A stretch of 64,000 nt of DNA, taken from Narcine bancroftii. Lineage: Eukaryota. Below, one piece after another: positions 13,897-26,734 of the stretch. Position numbers and translations under genes: made by a program. How positions within the stretch are numbered: position 1 is the stretch's first letter; each line of letters starts with the position of its first letter. The DNA is taken from assembly GCF_036971445.1 (NCBI RefSeq), contig NC_091474.1, forward strand, positions 18,352,001-18,416,000, read 5' to 3'. Below the pieces are notes generated by a model. It ran no database searches and was not told the origin of the DNA. It worked only from the letters and a program-made list of their open reading frames with translations.

Positions 13897-14015
13897 TCTC
13901 AGGTGCTGAGAGGAAAGGGGAAGACACTTCTCTGGGCAACTTGAACCCATCGTGAAACTGTTAAATGATAACAGCCCTTGGTGGTGCAGGTTGAGATTTT
14001 TTCTTGTCCTGGAAC

Positions 14016-14185
14016 ATGATGCACATTACAGGCATTATGTCATGTAGATATGACGCACATTACAGGCATTATGTCATGTAGATATGACGCAGATTACAGG
14101 CATTATGTCATGTAGATATGACGCAGATTACAGGCATTATGTCATGTAGATATGACGCACATTACAGGCATTATGTCATGCAGAC
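14016..14185. repeat. Minisatellite, 5 x 34 bp
   Basis: Unit ATGACGCACATTACAGGCATTATGTCATGTAGAT at 14016, 14050, 14084, 14118 and 14152. Confidence 0.97.
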
Positions 14186-14284
14186 CATGATGGTTTTTTG
14201 TGTTTAAGTGCCTGCTCTATACTGAGTGAGGTAGAATGTTGTTGGTTATCATAGAAGTTCATAAAGACAAGGAGGGAGTCACAT

Positions 14285-14752
14285 AACTGGACAAAGAAGA
14301 TTTTGTTCCCTGAAAATTTTTGGGTGCATTTTATGAATTTTGGCCTGCTGATCACAAAACTCACCTTAAAATTTTCCTATCATGTACTGTTTTTTAGATA
14401 TAACCTACTATTGTGATTTCCTGTCAAATTTTGTCTACTTCAAGCATACAAAGCCATGAAAATTCATTTTCTGCATTCGCACTTGGTCTTCCTCCCTGCT
14501 GATCTTGGTGCAGTCAGTGACGAACATGGTGAAAGGTTTCACCAGGACAATGCGACCATGGAAAAGAATTATCAGGGCAACTAGAATCCATCAATGCTGG
14601 CCAACTATTGTTGGACACTGACACGGGAGACATCAGATGTTGAGTACAAATGAAAATCAGCGGCAAAATATTTTTAGATCAGTTGAACGAACACAATGTG
14701 TCAGGATATTAATGCGATTAAACCGGCTAAATTCAATTAAAGTTAGTTTAAT
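14285..14752 (+). mobile_element. Non-autonomous Chapaev3 (CMC)-like DNA transposon remnant
   Basis: From 14456 translates MKIHFLHSHLVFLPADLGAVSDEHGERFHQDNATMEKNYQGN*NPSMLANYCWTL, resembling the Chapaev3 transposase C-terminus; second copy at 53207. Confidence 0.7.
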
Positions 14753-15182
14753 GCTGCTGCAATTTATTTACTTTTACTGTCTAGAATGAGGTGAAGGTTC
14801 AGGGTGACATTGACTTCACTTCTATATGTAGAACAATCCAAGCAAAGGTATTTGGTTAAAACATTGCCTCAAGAAGATAACAAATCATTGCCACCATCTG
14901 CTTTAGTGCCCAGAGGCATCGTGAGATGGGGATAGGACTCTTGACAGATTGGTTTTCCTGGCTGGATCCTTGCTTCCCCTGCCTGTTGTTTCCCAATCCT
15001 GGGGAGGCCTGGCCCCACGATACCTAAAACACCAACTTTTTATGGTGCAAGCAGATAATTTCTCCTTTGCAATGTTCAGAACAGTTCCAGATATTCTGCT
15101 GCATTCACTCCAGCAACCACTGCCCCTCTTCCCAAGCCTACAAGTGATAGATTATCCTTTTAAGCTGCACAGGTGCAAGGGT

Positions 15183-15222
15183 TGTTGTGTGTGTGCGTGT
15201 GTGTGTGCGTGCATGCATGTGT
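15183..15222. repeat. (TG)n microsatellite
   Basis: Imperfect GT run. Confidence 0.8.
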
Positions 15223-15904
15223 GGCCTCTGTATTTTACTTGCACGTCCATGAATCAACTTCACAGGGAAGCCCGTAACTGGGGCCCATGAAGTAATTCTG
15301 TGTATTCTATTTTTCTTTGCACGTGTGCACATTGCAGACATACAGAAAGTGTTCAGTTCAAAGGTACTTTATGTGCTTTACCTGCCACATAGTCCAGTTG
15401 CACTTAGAGATTAATTGTACACAAGAATGCAATTCTGCAGAATATTTAAAAAAACAACGCCCTCGGAAGCTAAATTTACAATTGTCATTGCATGAATTTT
15501 TCTTCTCATTTTTTTTTTGGATGAACTTGTTTTGATGAGAAATGGAAGTAGCAATCCACAATATCCAGATTTTTTTTGTGTGGCCAAAACTGCATTACAC
15601 ACTTGATCCTGATCTGAGCTAAAAGACTGAGGAACGAAAGCGATAACTTCACAAAGGCAAAGAGTTTGTGATCCCATTCCAGTCAGATGAAAGTCATTGT
15701 GTGGGAATACAAAAGAGCCATGGGGCTAAAATACACTTTAGCAGTTGGAGGGGATGAGCCATGAGAGAAGTGTGTGAGGCATAGTTAAAACAGCCTGTTT
15801 CAGGCCTTGACTGATAATTCTTATTTTATACTCAATGCTAAGTTGTCTTTCAGTGAATGATATATACCAAGCAAAGATTTGGTTTCAATATGAAACCAAA
15901 TAGA

Positions 15905-16316
15905 TATTTTAAATTTAGCCATACAGCACGGTAACAAACCCTTCTGTCCCATGAGCCCGTGCCACCCAATTACACCTAACTGACCTACAAACCCCATATG
16001 TTTTAGAAACATAGAAACATAGAAGGTAGAAGATAGGAGCAGGGTAGGTCATTTGACCCTTCGAGCCTGCTCCGACATTCAACAAGATCATGGCTGATCT
16101 TAAAGTTCAGTACCCTGTCCCCGCCTTCTCTCCGTAACCTTTAATACCCTTATACTGAAACCATTTTGAAAACCATATTTTGAAACCAAAGCATATGGAA
16201 AACCCACGCAGACACAGGGAGAATTTACAAACTCCTTACAGACAGCGGCAAATTCGAACCCAGGCCGTAGGCCCTGTAACACCTTTGCACTAACTTTTAT
16301 GCTAAATGTGGTGCCC
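15905..16316 (-). mobile_element. V-SINE-type SINE interrupted by a CR1 3' tip
   Basis: Head/core at 16190-16316 (AACCCACGCAGACACAGGGAGAA..CAAACTCC..TTCGAACCC) and tail at 15905-16003. Confidence 0.7.
16004..16160 (-). mobile_element. CR1 3' tip
   Basis: (AGAAACAT)n tail, then AGGAGCAGGGTAGGTCATTTGACCCTTCGAGCCTGC. Confidence 0.75.
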
Positions 16317-16707
16317 AACTAAATATTTTAGCTGAAGTTAGTGTACAAAATCAGGATGCATTTTTAGCTCAGTGAAAAGTTAGGTTTTAAGAAAATGGAA
16401 CCACTTCAGGGAATACGATGCCAATAGAATGGGGGAGTAAGAACCAGTAGTAATCCACACACAGCATATCTTGGATGCAAGCCAGACATAGTGCTGTGGA
16501 TTGCAGCCTTGTAAATGAATAAGACATCGAAATCAATATGAACGAGGGTGGAAGAAGGAAATTCTTACAGTTCAGAAATAGGACCTTCATACCAATCCCG
16601 TTTACCCACATTTGGACCTTAAATGTTGTAAGAGTATCTGCCCCTAACCACTACCTTAGGCAGGTTCCAGATTCCAACCACTCTAAACCACTTGCTCGCT
16701 TGTTAAA

Positions 16708-17079
16708 AGCCCCTTTTACACAGCCACTTCAATGCGGGAATAGTGCACCGTTATCGTGCCACGCCTTCTGTGTAAAAAGTGCAAACATGGAATGGGGGCG
16801 TCATTGCAGTCCCACCTTTAAGCCACCAGCAGAGATAGTCACAGTGGTGAATCGACGTCTGTGTAAAAAGGGCGAGCCGGCAAGCCGGGACCAGGATGGG
16901 AAAGGATATGTATGTGTACGTTAAACGTCACACTTGACACCACACCTCTTTTGCTCCCGGAATGCCGGCTTGCTGTCACATTGGCTCAGCATTGTTTGGT
17001 TCAGTGTAAACAAGCAAAGGCAGCTTAATGACGGGTCCTCTTTACGGCAGTATTGCGGGATCTCTGTGTAAAAGGGGGT
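16708..17079. mobile_element. PIF/Harbinger-like MITE
   Basis: TIR AGCCCCTTTTACACAG / CTGTGTAAAAGGGGGT; TAA at the right flank; internal CTGTGTAAAAA copies. Confidence 0.7.
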
Positions 17080-17614
17080 TAAGATATCTCCACCATGTGC
17101 TAAAGATTCCTATTTTCTCTTGATCCTTGGCCAATGCTATCTATAATAATTTTAAGTAGCACTGGGGCACAGCTTGCAAGCAAGAAAGATAGCTGTAATT
17201 AGCACAAATTGGACTGAATTTGATCATTCGCATATCCAGTTGGGATAGGGGAGTTGAAGGAGGGATAAACATGAGCAATGCTTTGAATGAAGAATTTAGA
17301 GTGATAGAGGATAAGGGAATTGAATCTTCACCTGATTGCATCCAGAATTATCTCTGCTAAGAATGTTTATCCTTGAATTAAAGAGAACAGGGATATTTAT
17401 CCTAACACTGGCATGATGTTCATGAGTGAATGCAAGGAGGTAAACCCTGCCTCCTGAACTATTTGGAATTTTGCAGATGAAAAATATATGATGAGCAGCT
17501 GCAGGACACAACATGGAGTGGTCTGACTGATTAACATACAACTGCTAAGGTCAGGAATGAACCAAGAATGCGACATTCAATGTGTCAATTGCAGATGCAG
17601 CATTTTAGATATAA

Positions 17615-17785
17615 CACGCACAAGATATAGGAGCAGAAGTAGGCTGCTTGGCCCATCGTGTCTGCTCCGCCATTCTGATCATGAGCAGATCCATCGTCCC
17701 ACTCAACCCCACTCCCTGGCCTTCTCCCCATAACCATTATTGTCCTTACTAATCGAATACCTGACAATCTCTGCTTTAAATACAC
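17615..17785 (-). mobile_element. CR1 3' tip
   Basis: ATAGGAGCAGAAGTAGGC...GGCCCATCG.GTCTGCTCCGCCATT motif. Confidence 0.7.
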
Positions 17786-18149
17786 CCCACACGAATAAAC
17801 AGAGATATTTAATTTTTGTGAATGTTCTGGAATTGGCCACTGAAAACTTGATTTTTTTCTGAGGTTACTTGAAGAGTGCCCCAGTGTGATATCCCTTTGT
17901 AGATAATCTGACCAAGTTCACACACACTAGAATGAGTTAGAACTTTGTTTCACAATTCCACGAGGACCTCGTACGAAATTTGAATGTTTGAGACTTAAAG
18001 ATGCTACCTGCATCTTGTGATAATTTAAACAGTTCTTCAACTGGTGCTATTCAAATATGTGTCAACAATCTTCAAAAGAGTGAATGTTACCCCATAACAG
18101 GGCAGTTCTGCAATTTAAGCAATCAGACCTGCCTTTCAGTTTAGTTGAT

Positions 18150-18470
18150 TGGGTTTCAAGTACCGAGGTGTAAAAATCACTCGCACATTCTCCAATCTTC
18201 TAATAAAAAAAATACTTCGCTTATTGATCAGGTGAAATCAGATTTTCGGAAATGGAGCTATTTACCCCTGTCACTAATGGGCAGAATAAATATAATCAAA
18301 ATGAATACATTACTAACATTTCTTTAATTGTTTAAAACTATTCCTTTATTTCTTCCAAAGTATTTTATCACCTCTCTGGATAAAAGAATTTCCTCCTTTA
18401 TTTGGAATGGGAAATTTCCAAGGGTTCAAAAAGCATTATTGCAAAACTGTAAGGTTAGTGGAAAGATGTG
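18150..18470 (+). mobile_element. L1-clade LINE ORF2 fragment
   Basis: WSYLPLSLMGRINIIKMN...LFKTIPLFLP...ISSFIWNGKFPRV, the post-RT region of L1 ORF2. Confidence 0.8.
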
Positions 18471-18486
18471 TCAACAAGCAGGGTGC

Positions 18487-18703
18487 TTGAAATGGGGGGG
18501 GCGGAAGGTGTGAGATTGGGGGAAGGAGAGGGAGGGGGAGGGAGGGGATGAGATGGGGTGAAATGGGGGGAGGGCGTGAGATCGGGGGAGTGAGAGGGAG
18601 GGGGAGGGAGGGCATGAGATGGGGTGAAATGAGGGGGAGGAGGGCGTGAGATCGGGGAGTGGGAGGGAGGGGATGAGATGGGGTGAAATGGGGGGAGGAG
18701 GGC
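18487..18703 (+). repeat. G-rich degenerate tandem repeat
   Basis: Repeated GAGATGGGGTGAAATGGGGG / GTGAGATCGGGG / GGGAGGG blocks, period roughly 50-60 bp. Confidence 0.85.
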
Positions 18704-18869
18704 GCGATTTAAAAAAAACAAGCAGGGTGCTAACAATATTGCACCTTTAACCAGAAGCATCAAAATGGGAAATGCTGGAAACACACAGGTCAATCATAAC
18801 TTACAAAAGAAACCAAACACGTTAATGTTTTAGACTTCTCCAAAAATAGATTACCTGATTTTTTTTTGG

Positions 18870-19090
18870 ATATAGCTTACTAACAGGCCTTTCTGGACCA
18901 CAAGCCTGTGCTGCCCCAAATACACCAAATAACATTCAAACCCTGTACATTTTTTTTTGGAGGGTTGGAGGAAACCTGTGTAGGTCACAAATAAACTCCT
19001 TATGATAATGAACAAATTCCTTACAGACACCGCTGGATTCAAACTTGAGTCACTGGTGCTGTAGCACTGTTGCGCTAGCCGCTACACTAT
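18870..19090 (-). mobile_element. V-SINE-type SINE, decayed
   Basis: CAAATTCCTTACAGACACCGCTGGATTCAAAC...GCTAGCCGCTACAC head; CR1-like tail. Confidence 0.65.
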
Positions 19091-20422
19091 CATTGTCTTA
19101 TCTCAAGGTTTTTGTGGGCTCTTGCTGTGTGCAAAATGCTTGTCGTCATTGACCTATCACTAGACCCTACTTTAAAGTACTCGTTGTATGTGACATGCTC
19201 TCTGAGAGATGAGATAATGTGCTGCACAAAAGCAAACCTTTTAATTAAAAAAAAAGGATTAAATCACTGGGAATAAGTAATATTCTCTCCCGAAAACAAA
19301 TTTAAGTTTTGCCAATACCAAAATCAACAGGTGTGTTAATACTGGCTCTGAAAAGAAACTTTATCCATTGCAGACAGGTTCTTTTTATACCTGTGCCCAG
19401 CAGGTACCCATTAATATGTTGTAGTTTACAGCACCCCTCCCTGCTCAATCTACTTAACTATTCGTGTATAAATCTCACTCTGAAACCTGAGATCTGTGGG
19501 AGTGCCAGTCTCTGCAGTGTCTCAAACCCGTGACCAGGGAGGTGTTCACTGAATACTACACCAACTTATCTGGAGACGGATTTGCTGCCACTCGCACTTA
19601 AATGATGGAATCTGTAAATCTTTCTTGGCATTATTAACTGAAGCTAAGACTTTAAAATGAAATGCTGGGCAATTATTTTTCTTTTGAATGCAGACTTTTT
19701 CTTCCCACATTCTCAGTTTCCCTTCTTCCCTCCAATTTGAAATAGTTCCCGACCAACCCATGCAGCAAATTAAACAATACCCAAACAACAAGCTTCTTTG
19801 TGGCTCTCCTCCAAATTATCCCAGTTGGACGGCTCTCGATTTGAGGTTTAGTGCACTGGTACGTTTGGGAATAGGTAGTGGTTTGCACTCCTTATGTCAC
19901 TCTTTTCCCATAAATTATTTCTTCGATGTTAAGAGCATATCTCTCTTTCAGGCTAGCGTGGTTTATGAAAAGTGTTGAACTAAATATCTTGCAGACAAGA
20001 ATTTTTTTTCTGCATTTAAAGATATGAATTGGAAAGCTGTGGCTGCACAGGGGCATCCTGGCAATTTTGCACAGGGAGGGATATTCAAATGTGCACAAAG
20101 TGCAAAAATTGCAGGCATTAGAGTTGCAAATCCTGGGTCGCCAGTATGGAATCACATATAAAAGGTGGAGAGGCACAATCACTGTAAACGTTGCTGGGTG
20201 ATCTCCTTCCACAGCTGAAGTCTTTGGTACAATAGGGACACTTGGGGTCTCTTCAAGGCAGGTTTGCCCTCAGGAGGGAGGCATGAAATGGCACAGGCGC
20301 TAAATGACAATCGTCATCATCCCCAATGCGCCATTAATTATGAATTCCTGATTAAAAGACTGAATTTTGTGTAAAGGCTTGTGTGACAAATATAAGTTAT
20401 TTAGGCAAAGTGGCGTAGCACA

Positions 20423-20772
20423 AGCCACTTTCAGGTGGAATAGCTGGGAGAATGTGGCTCCGGAGCTGGCTACGGGTGTGTGTGAAGCGACATTCAGGCC
20501 GCAACGCTGAAGGTGCTGTTCTGGCACCTGAAAGGTCCGAAGTGGGGAGAGGCACCGCGGAGCAAGCGCCGGGTTCTGTGACTGTGGCCGTAGTCCCGCC
20601 TGCTTTCAGGCCTAGGGGGAGCGCTCGGAAGCGGAGAATACATCTACCTGAGGAGGGTTGGGTAAGCACTCCTCAGGTCAGGGCTCTCCTCTTTCAGGTG
20701 GCCTCCCAACGGCTGCATTCAGTTATTTTAGGCGGCTTTACATTGGGGTATTCTGGTCACCTGAAAGCAGCT
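20423..20772. mobile_element. Harbinger-like GC-rich MITE
   Basis: TIR AGCCACTTTCAGGTG / CACCTGAAAGCAGCT; internal copies of CACCTGAAAG / TTTCAGG. Confidence 0.65.
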
Positions 20773-21013
20773 GCAGAAAGTGGTGGAATGGGAAGTTCTG
20801 ATCAGGAAGAAGAGCGCACACTGAAAAATTTAGGCATGTTTATTTTTTAAGTGACATTTGTCGAAGGTAGTTTTAAACTAATTTGAGTGATAGTGACATG
20901 AACAAACCTAACATAGTTTATGGAAGCATGCGTTAAAGGAGAACGTGTGTGCAAAGTTTAAACTGAATTCTCTGTAAAAGGGAAAAAAAAGACATTTATT
21001 TTGGAACAAAGAA

Positions 21014-21218
21014 CAGTAAAATCCCTGTTATCTGGAATTCAAGCAATTGGCAAAAAAAAATCAGTGAAAATAAATGGGTAAAATATACAGAAGTTTAAAA
21101 TTGATGCTCCTCGCCATTTGTTCTCCAGTCACGCAACATGCAGTCTCAAGCAACTGGAAAACTCGCTTATCCGGCATCTACCAATCCCTGTAGGTGCCGG
21201 ATATGAAGTGTTTTATTG
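21014..21218. mobile_element. Tigger/pogo-like MITE, short form
   Basis: CAGTAAAATCCC... / ...GTGTTTTATTG followed by TA; homologous to the copies at 8167, 29101, 39030 and 47494. Confidence 0.75.
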
Positions 21219-21819
21219 TATTGTGAATACTGGGAATATGAAATAAAACCAGTCAATATAGGACAGAAATGGAGTGATTGATTAACTTCCTGACTCCATG
21301 AAGTCATTTATGATTTACAGGGCAAGCTGGAGTGTAATGGAAAAGTCTTCCTTTGCCTGAGGGAGGGCTGGTTCCACACTGAAGAAAGCTTTAACCCACC
21401 CAAAAAACATAACCCACTTCACTGGGATCCACTCACCACTCCTATATATTCACATTCTCCATGGCGGGTTCACTGTGACTGCAGTATGTACCGACCACTA
21501 AAACACCAGTTATATGCCAAGGTTTTTTTTGCCACATCTCCCAATTTTGTCACGTTTACCATTAAAATTGGCAAGGGCAGCAGGTATATAGCAACTACAC
21601 CTCTCACAAGTTCCTCACCAAGTCAATAGTACCCCAAACTACATGATCTCAGCACCCCATACAGAATTGAATCTTCTTTTCCACTGGCAATAATCAGTGA
21701 GGATTGGCATCTGTAAAGGGCGTCGGACGACACTAATGGCAACGCTTTGTTTGGCTCACGGCAGGCAGAGGGCAATTACATGTTCGGTACTATTACATGA
21801 CAATAAAGGAACTTGAATT

Positions 21820-22550
21820 ATCTCAAAACTTGCACCCCACAAGGCTGTATACCCAGCTCCCTACTGCAACCCCTGTGTACCCACAAATGAATGGCTAAAC
21901 ACTGCTCCAATTCCATCTATAAATTCGTGGATGACAGCATGGTCTAACCATCTCTGAGGATCTCTCCTGGAGACTCCATGTTGATGTAATCACAAAAAAG
22001 GCTCGCTAGCGTCTATACTTTGTAAGGAGTTTGAGGAGATTTGGTATGACGCCAAAATCTCTCAGACACTTCTACGTGGAGAGCATTCTGGCTGGTTGCA
22101 TCACTGTCTGGTACAGAGGTACCGGGGATCAGGACAATAAAAAAAAAACTTCAGAAGGTTGTTAACTTGGCCTGTGATACCACAAGGACCAGATTTCACT
22201 CCATCGAGGACATCGACAAGAGGCGCTGTCTTAAGAAAGTAGCCTCTATCCTCAAGGACCCCCACCACCCAGGCCATGCCCTCTTCCCTCTGCTACCATC
22301 AGGAAAAAAAGTACAGGAGCCTGGAGACAAGCACCCAGCAGCACAAGGACAGCGTCTTCCCCTCTGCCATCGGATTCCCAAATAATTAACCAACCACAGA
22401 GACTGCCTTACTTGGTTTTTTTCATTTTCTTTTTCTTGCACTATTTTTATTTTTTCTGTAAGGTGGTTTATAGAAATGTTTGCAGTGTGATGCTGCCACA
22501 GAACAATAAATTTTGTGAAATGTTCATGACAAGAAATTCTGATACTGATG
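21820..22550 (+). mobile_element. Rex1 LINE, internally deleted
   Basis: PQGC and DD remnants near 21835-21940; RRCLKKVASILKDPHHPGHALFPLLPSGK; ATTCTG-type tail. Confidence 0.8.
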
Positions 22551-23927
22551 CCAGGACAAAATAAAATGGGACCTTTGATGAAGGGTTCTGACTTGAAATG
22601 TCGGCAATTCTTTATATCCTCTGGATGCAGCATGAGTTCCTCCAGCTGATTGCTTGTTACATCTTCAGTGTAGTCCCCTTTAAAGACTGCTGGCAGTTAC
22701 CTAGATCTTATCATTCAGAATGCTGGTTAAGACATATTCAACCTGATCTACAAACCAGGTAAAAAGAAGGACTTGCTTTCTAGTAACACAAGGATGTTCC
22801 CAAAGCACTTTTTTGTTAAGGAGATATTTTGCAACTGTAGAGAAGATAATAAAACCCGAGTTGATACTCAAATATGACATAATCTGTTCTTCCACTTTTA
22901 GACTATCTGAAAACTAAGCTGAAGGAAAATAAATCTGTGGTTTATCCCCTGACTCCCTGTGGTCATTTCAAGTTATTGCATATAAAAAAGATCTATTTCT
23001 GTTCCAGTTCCTCAGAAGCGGCCTGCGACATGGGGATTTTAATGCAGCATGTTCAGCTGTTGATGGCTTAGCAGTCAAGAAGGTCAGAGCGCTCAGACCT
23101 GTATTACAAGGTATCACTTACATCCCCTGCTTTTCAGCTCCACAATGGCCTCCAGATCAGCTCACATTTCCGGGGTTAATTTTTTTCTTCACTGCTGCTA
23201 AGCAACCTCTTTGTTTTACTGCTGTGCCCAGAATTCCAGTCTGCCTCAGCATGGCTTTGTCAGGCATAAATGAAAGCCAACTTTATAGCATGTTCTTTGA
23301 TTTATTCCACACAATTTTTTTTTCTCTCTCAGAATTTTGTTTTAATATCTTAAAGAAATATCACCACATTTTTGACCAAAGTCTCAGCCATCATGTAAGA
23401 GAACATTAAAGCACGCCATAAAAAATAATTTTGAAATGCATTAAAGTATCTATTTCAATTAATATATATGTTTTGGGCTCCTTTTCTATTATTAATGGTA
23501 TAGCTACTGTCTTAACAACAGTCCACCTCATAGCCTCTGTGCATCGGTAATGATCCTTTAGAATTTGTGCTTCATCCTTTCACAAGGGCCTCGGAGCAAC
23601 ACTGTGATTATTGGCTAACAAAAGAAGTCAAGCAGCAAATGATTGGCATCAGGATGGTAAGCGAATTATAGCGATTGGCCTACGGAAACCAGTTGTTAAT
23701 GAGTCGATAGGACCAGGAAGGAAGGACAGGGTGTGAGGCACTGATGAGATACTCATAAGGGAGGGATGCTTTTGCATTGTCATTACAGTAGGATGGGGTG
23801 GTCAGAAACCTTTTGCTTCACTTTTTAGTCTTACATGCTGTTCCTTTATTTAAGAGTACAGCCAAATTTGTTTGTTTATTTAAGAAGGGCTTCAGCAATA
23901 AGCCAGTTAACTTCGAGACTTAGATAA

Positions 23928-25182
23928 AACACAGAAGTCTGCACACACTGTGGTTGAAGTAAAAACACAATGCTGGAGAAACTCAGCAGGTCAAACAATG
24001 TATTTTATGTAGCAAAGATAAAGATACTTTGGTAACTTGATGAAGGGCTCAAGCCCGAAACATTGGTTATATATCTTTATGTTTGCTATATAAAGTACAC
24101 CGAGTGACGAGTGGAGTGCTGCAGAGTGGTCCTGCAGAGTAGATAGAGTGGTCCTCAGTTGTTTGTAATTTATGTAAATGATTTGGATGAGGGGATTATT
24201 AATAACTTGAGCAAATTTGCAGATGACACGAAACTGGGTGGCGGTGTGGGGTGTGAGGAGGATGTCAGGAAAATGCAGAGGGACTTGGACAGGTTGGGGG
24301 AGTGGGCGGCTGAATGGAAGATGACGTTCAATGTAAGCAAATGTGAGGTTATCCATTTTGGGGGCAATAATAGGAAAGCTGAGTATTATTTAAATGGAGA
24401 CAAGCTAGGGAGTGGGGAGGAGCAAATGGATCTGGGAGTACTTGTTCACCGGTCACTGAAGACTAGCATGCAGGTTCAGAAAGCTGTGAAGAAGGCTAAT
24501 AGCATGTTGGCTTTCATAAAGAGGGGATTGGAGTATAGGAACAGAGACGCCCTTCTGCAGTTGTACAGGGCCCTGGTGAGACCCCACCTGGAGTATTGCG
24601 TCCAGTTCTGGTCTCCAATTTTGAGGAAGGACATACTAGCTCTTGAGGGTGTGCAGCGCAGATTTACAAGGTTAGTTCCAGGGATGGTGGGGTTGACATA
24701 TGCTGAAAGGCTAGAAAAACTGGACTTGTATCCGATGGAGTTTAGAAGGATGAGGGGGGACATGATTGAGGTCTACAAAATCATCAGGGGGATAGACAGG
24801 GTGAAGTCGGATTACTTGTTCCCAATGATGGGGGAGACGAGGACTAGAGGGCATAGTTTAAGAATACAGGGTAGGCCCTTTAGGACGGAGATGAGAAAAC
24901 ATTTTTTTACCCAGAGAAGTGTGAATCTGTGGAATGCTCTGCCACAGAGGGTGGTAGAGGCAGATTCGCTGATTATGTTCAAAAGAGAGTTAGATAAGAC
25001 TCTAGTGGGCAAAGGAGTTAAGGGTTATGGGGATAAGGCTGGAAAGGGGTACTGATAGTAGGGATCAGCCATGATCTGTAAAATGGCAGTGCTGGCTCGA
25101 CGGGCCGAAGGGCCTACTCCAGCTCCTATTGTCTATTGTCTATTGTTTGACCCGCTGAGTTTCTCCAGCATTGTATTTTTAC
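23928..25182. mobile_element. Palindromic interspersed repeat split by a CR1
   Basis: Arms CAATGCTGGAGAAACTCAGCAGGTCAAACA (23968-23997) and TGTTTGACCCGCTGAGTTTCTCCAGCATTG (25144-25173); partial relatives at about 22575, 25865, 27015, 28905 and 38080. Confidence 0.7.
24102..25143 (+). mobile_element. CR1 LINE 3' fragment, young
   Basis: Open ORF 24159..25055 with FADDTK, KCEVIHFG and RPHLEYCVQFWSP; (CTATTGT)n tail. Confidence 0.95.
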
Positions 25183-25189
25183 GAACTCT

Positions 25190-26578
25190 GAGCCTTACAC
25201 TAGTGGCAGGGAAATTATTGCAGAAAATCCTAAGGGATAGCCTCACTAATATACTGTATTTGTGTTATTTGAGGAGGTATCTGTGAAGATTCATGAAGGC
25301 AGGGCAGAAAACAGTCTACTTAGACTTTAGTGGGGCACTTGACAAGATGTTGCTTGTGAGGCTGGTCAAAGAGGTTAAGGAAAATGGGATCCAAACTGAA
25401 CTGGCTAATTGGGTCTAAAATATCTTGGTAAGAGAAGTCTTTTCTGATTGGGTCTGTGAACAGTGGGATATGACAGCGATTGAACCTGGGACATGTGTTG
25501 TTTGTGATATATGTTAATGATTTCCATGTGAATGTAGGAGAGAGGATTAGCAAGTTTGGAAATGACATGAACGTTGTGGTATTGTGAGTAGTGAGGAAGT
25601 TGCCCAGGGTGACAGCACAATTAGATGGAGAGATGGGCAGAACATTGGGATAGATTATAATCCCAGCAAGTGTGATTTTGTGTATTTTCAGGTCAATTGA
25701 GATAAGGCATATACAGTAAATGGTAGGTGCTGAGGAGTGTTGATAGTGGCAATGCAGGTAGATAGAGTGGTGAAAAAGTTAAAACACATCGAAATGCTGC
25801 AGGAATTCGGAAGGATATGACATGCTTGCCTTCATAGCTTGGATCATAGAATATAAAATCAGGGCAAGGTCTCAACCCCAAAATGTCAACAATTCCTTTC
25901 CTCCCACAGATGCTGCTCTACCCACTGAGTTATCCTGGATTAGAATATTTCATTAGCTTTTGTTTTCCAGCAGTTTGTTTTCTTTATTTTATGCACAGAA
26001 TTAAAAAGTTGCAACTTTACAAATAACCGATGAGATCGCGATTTATGCATGATTATGTGGGCAGCTTTAGTCATCAAACCACAGGAAATATGTGGTTGGG
26101 CTGGAGGGAGAGAGAGCAGTGGATTTAACAGGATATTGACTGGATTGGAGGACTTTAGTTGTGGGAAGATTGAATAGACAGGGGTTGTTTCCTCTGGAGT
26201 GAAAGTACTGAGGAAATGACCCGATGGAGGTATATAAAAATTATGAGGGATAAATAGAGCAGACAGTCTTTAACCTTTTTCCTCCTTACTTGTCAAGGTG
26301 AGAGGAAAGAGTTTTAAAGAGGATTTGAGTGGAAAGAATGTTAAAAATCTTTTTACAGAGAATCATTTACATCTGGAATGTGGCCAGAGGTGGTGGTAAG
26401 ATCAGATAGAATCATAAATTTAAGGGACATTTAGACAAACACTTAAACAGGCAAGGCATAGAATGATATAGTCCTAATAGTGGTACGTGGGATGAGTGCG
26501 GATGGGCAATCATGTTAGCGTGGACTTGATGGGCCAAATGGCCTCTTTCTGTGCTGTATGAGTCTTTGACCCTATGAC
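25190..26578 (+). mobile_element. Old fragmented CR1
   Basis: Degenerate RT-region matches ending in GATGGGCCAAATGGCCTCTTTCTGTGCTGTATGA. Confidence 0.7.
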
Positions 26579-26734
26579 TTTTATGCCTCTTTTCTTTTTT
26601 TGGCAGTGTAGCCAACACAAACAACTCAAAATTTGACGTTGGAACTTGAAGGTAATCAAATTATGCTTCTGCCTTCTCAGGCTCTGAAACCAATCAGGTG
26701 CAATTTTGAAATGTATTCTCACAATAGCTCAAAT

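Noticed and set aside
14016-14185. CRISPR-like array of 34-bp repeats
   Set aside because: Units are head-to-tail with no spacers, there are no cas genes, and the context is eukaryotic.
18455-18793. Proline-rich 112-aa ORF
   Set aside because: It is the translation of the C-rich strand of the G-tract repeat.
19488-19601. Exon-like open stretch DLWECQSLQCLKPVTREVFTEYYTN...
   Set aside because: No convincing splice acceptor and no recognisable protein similarity.
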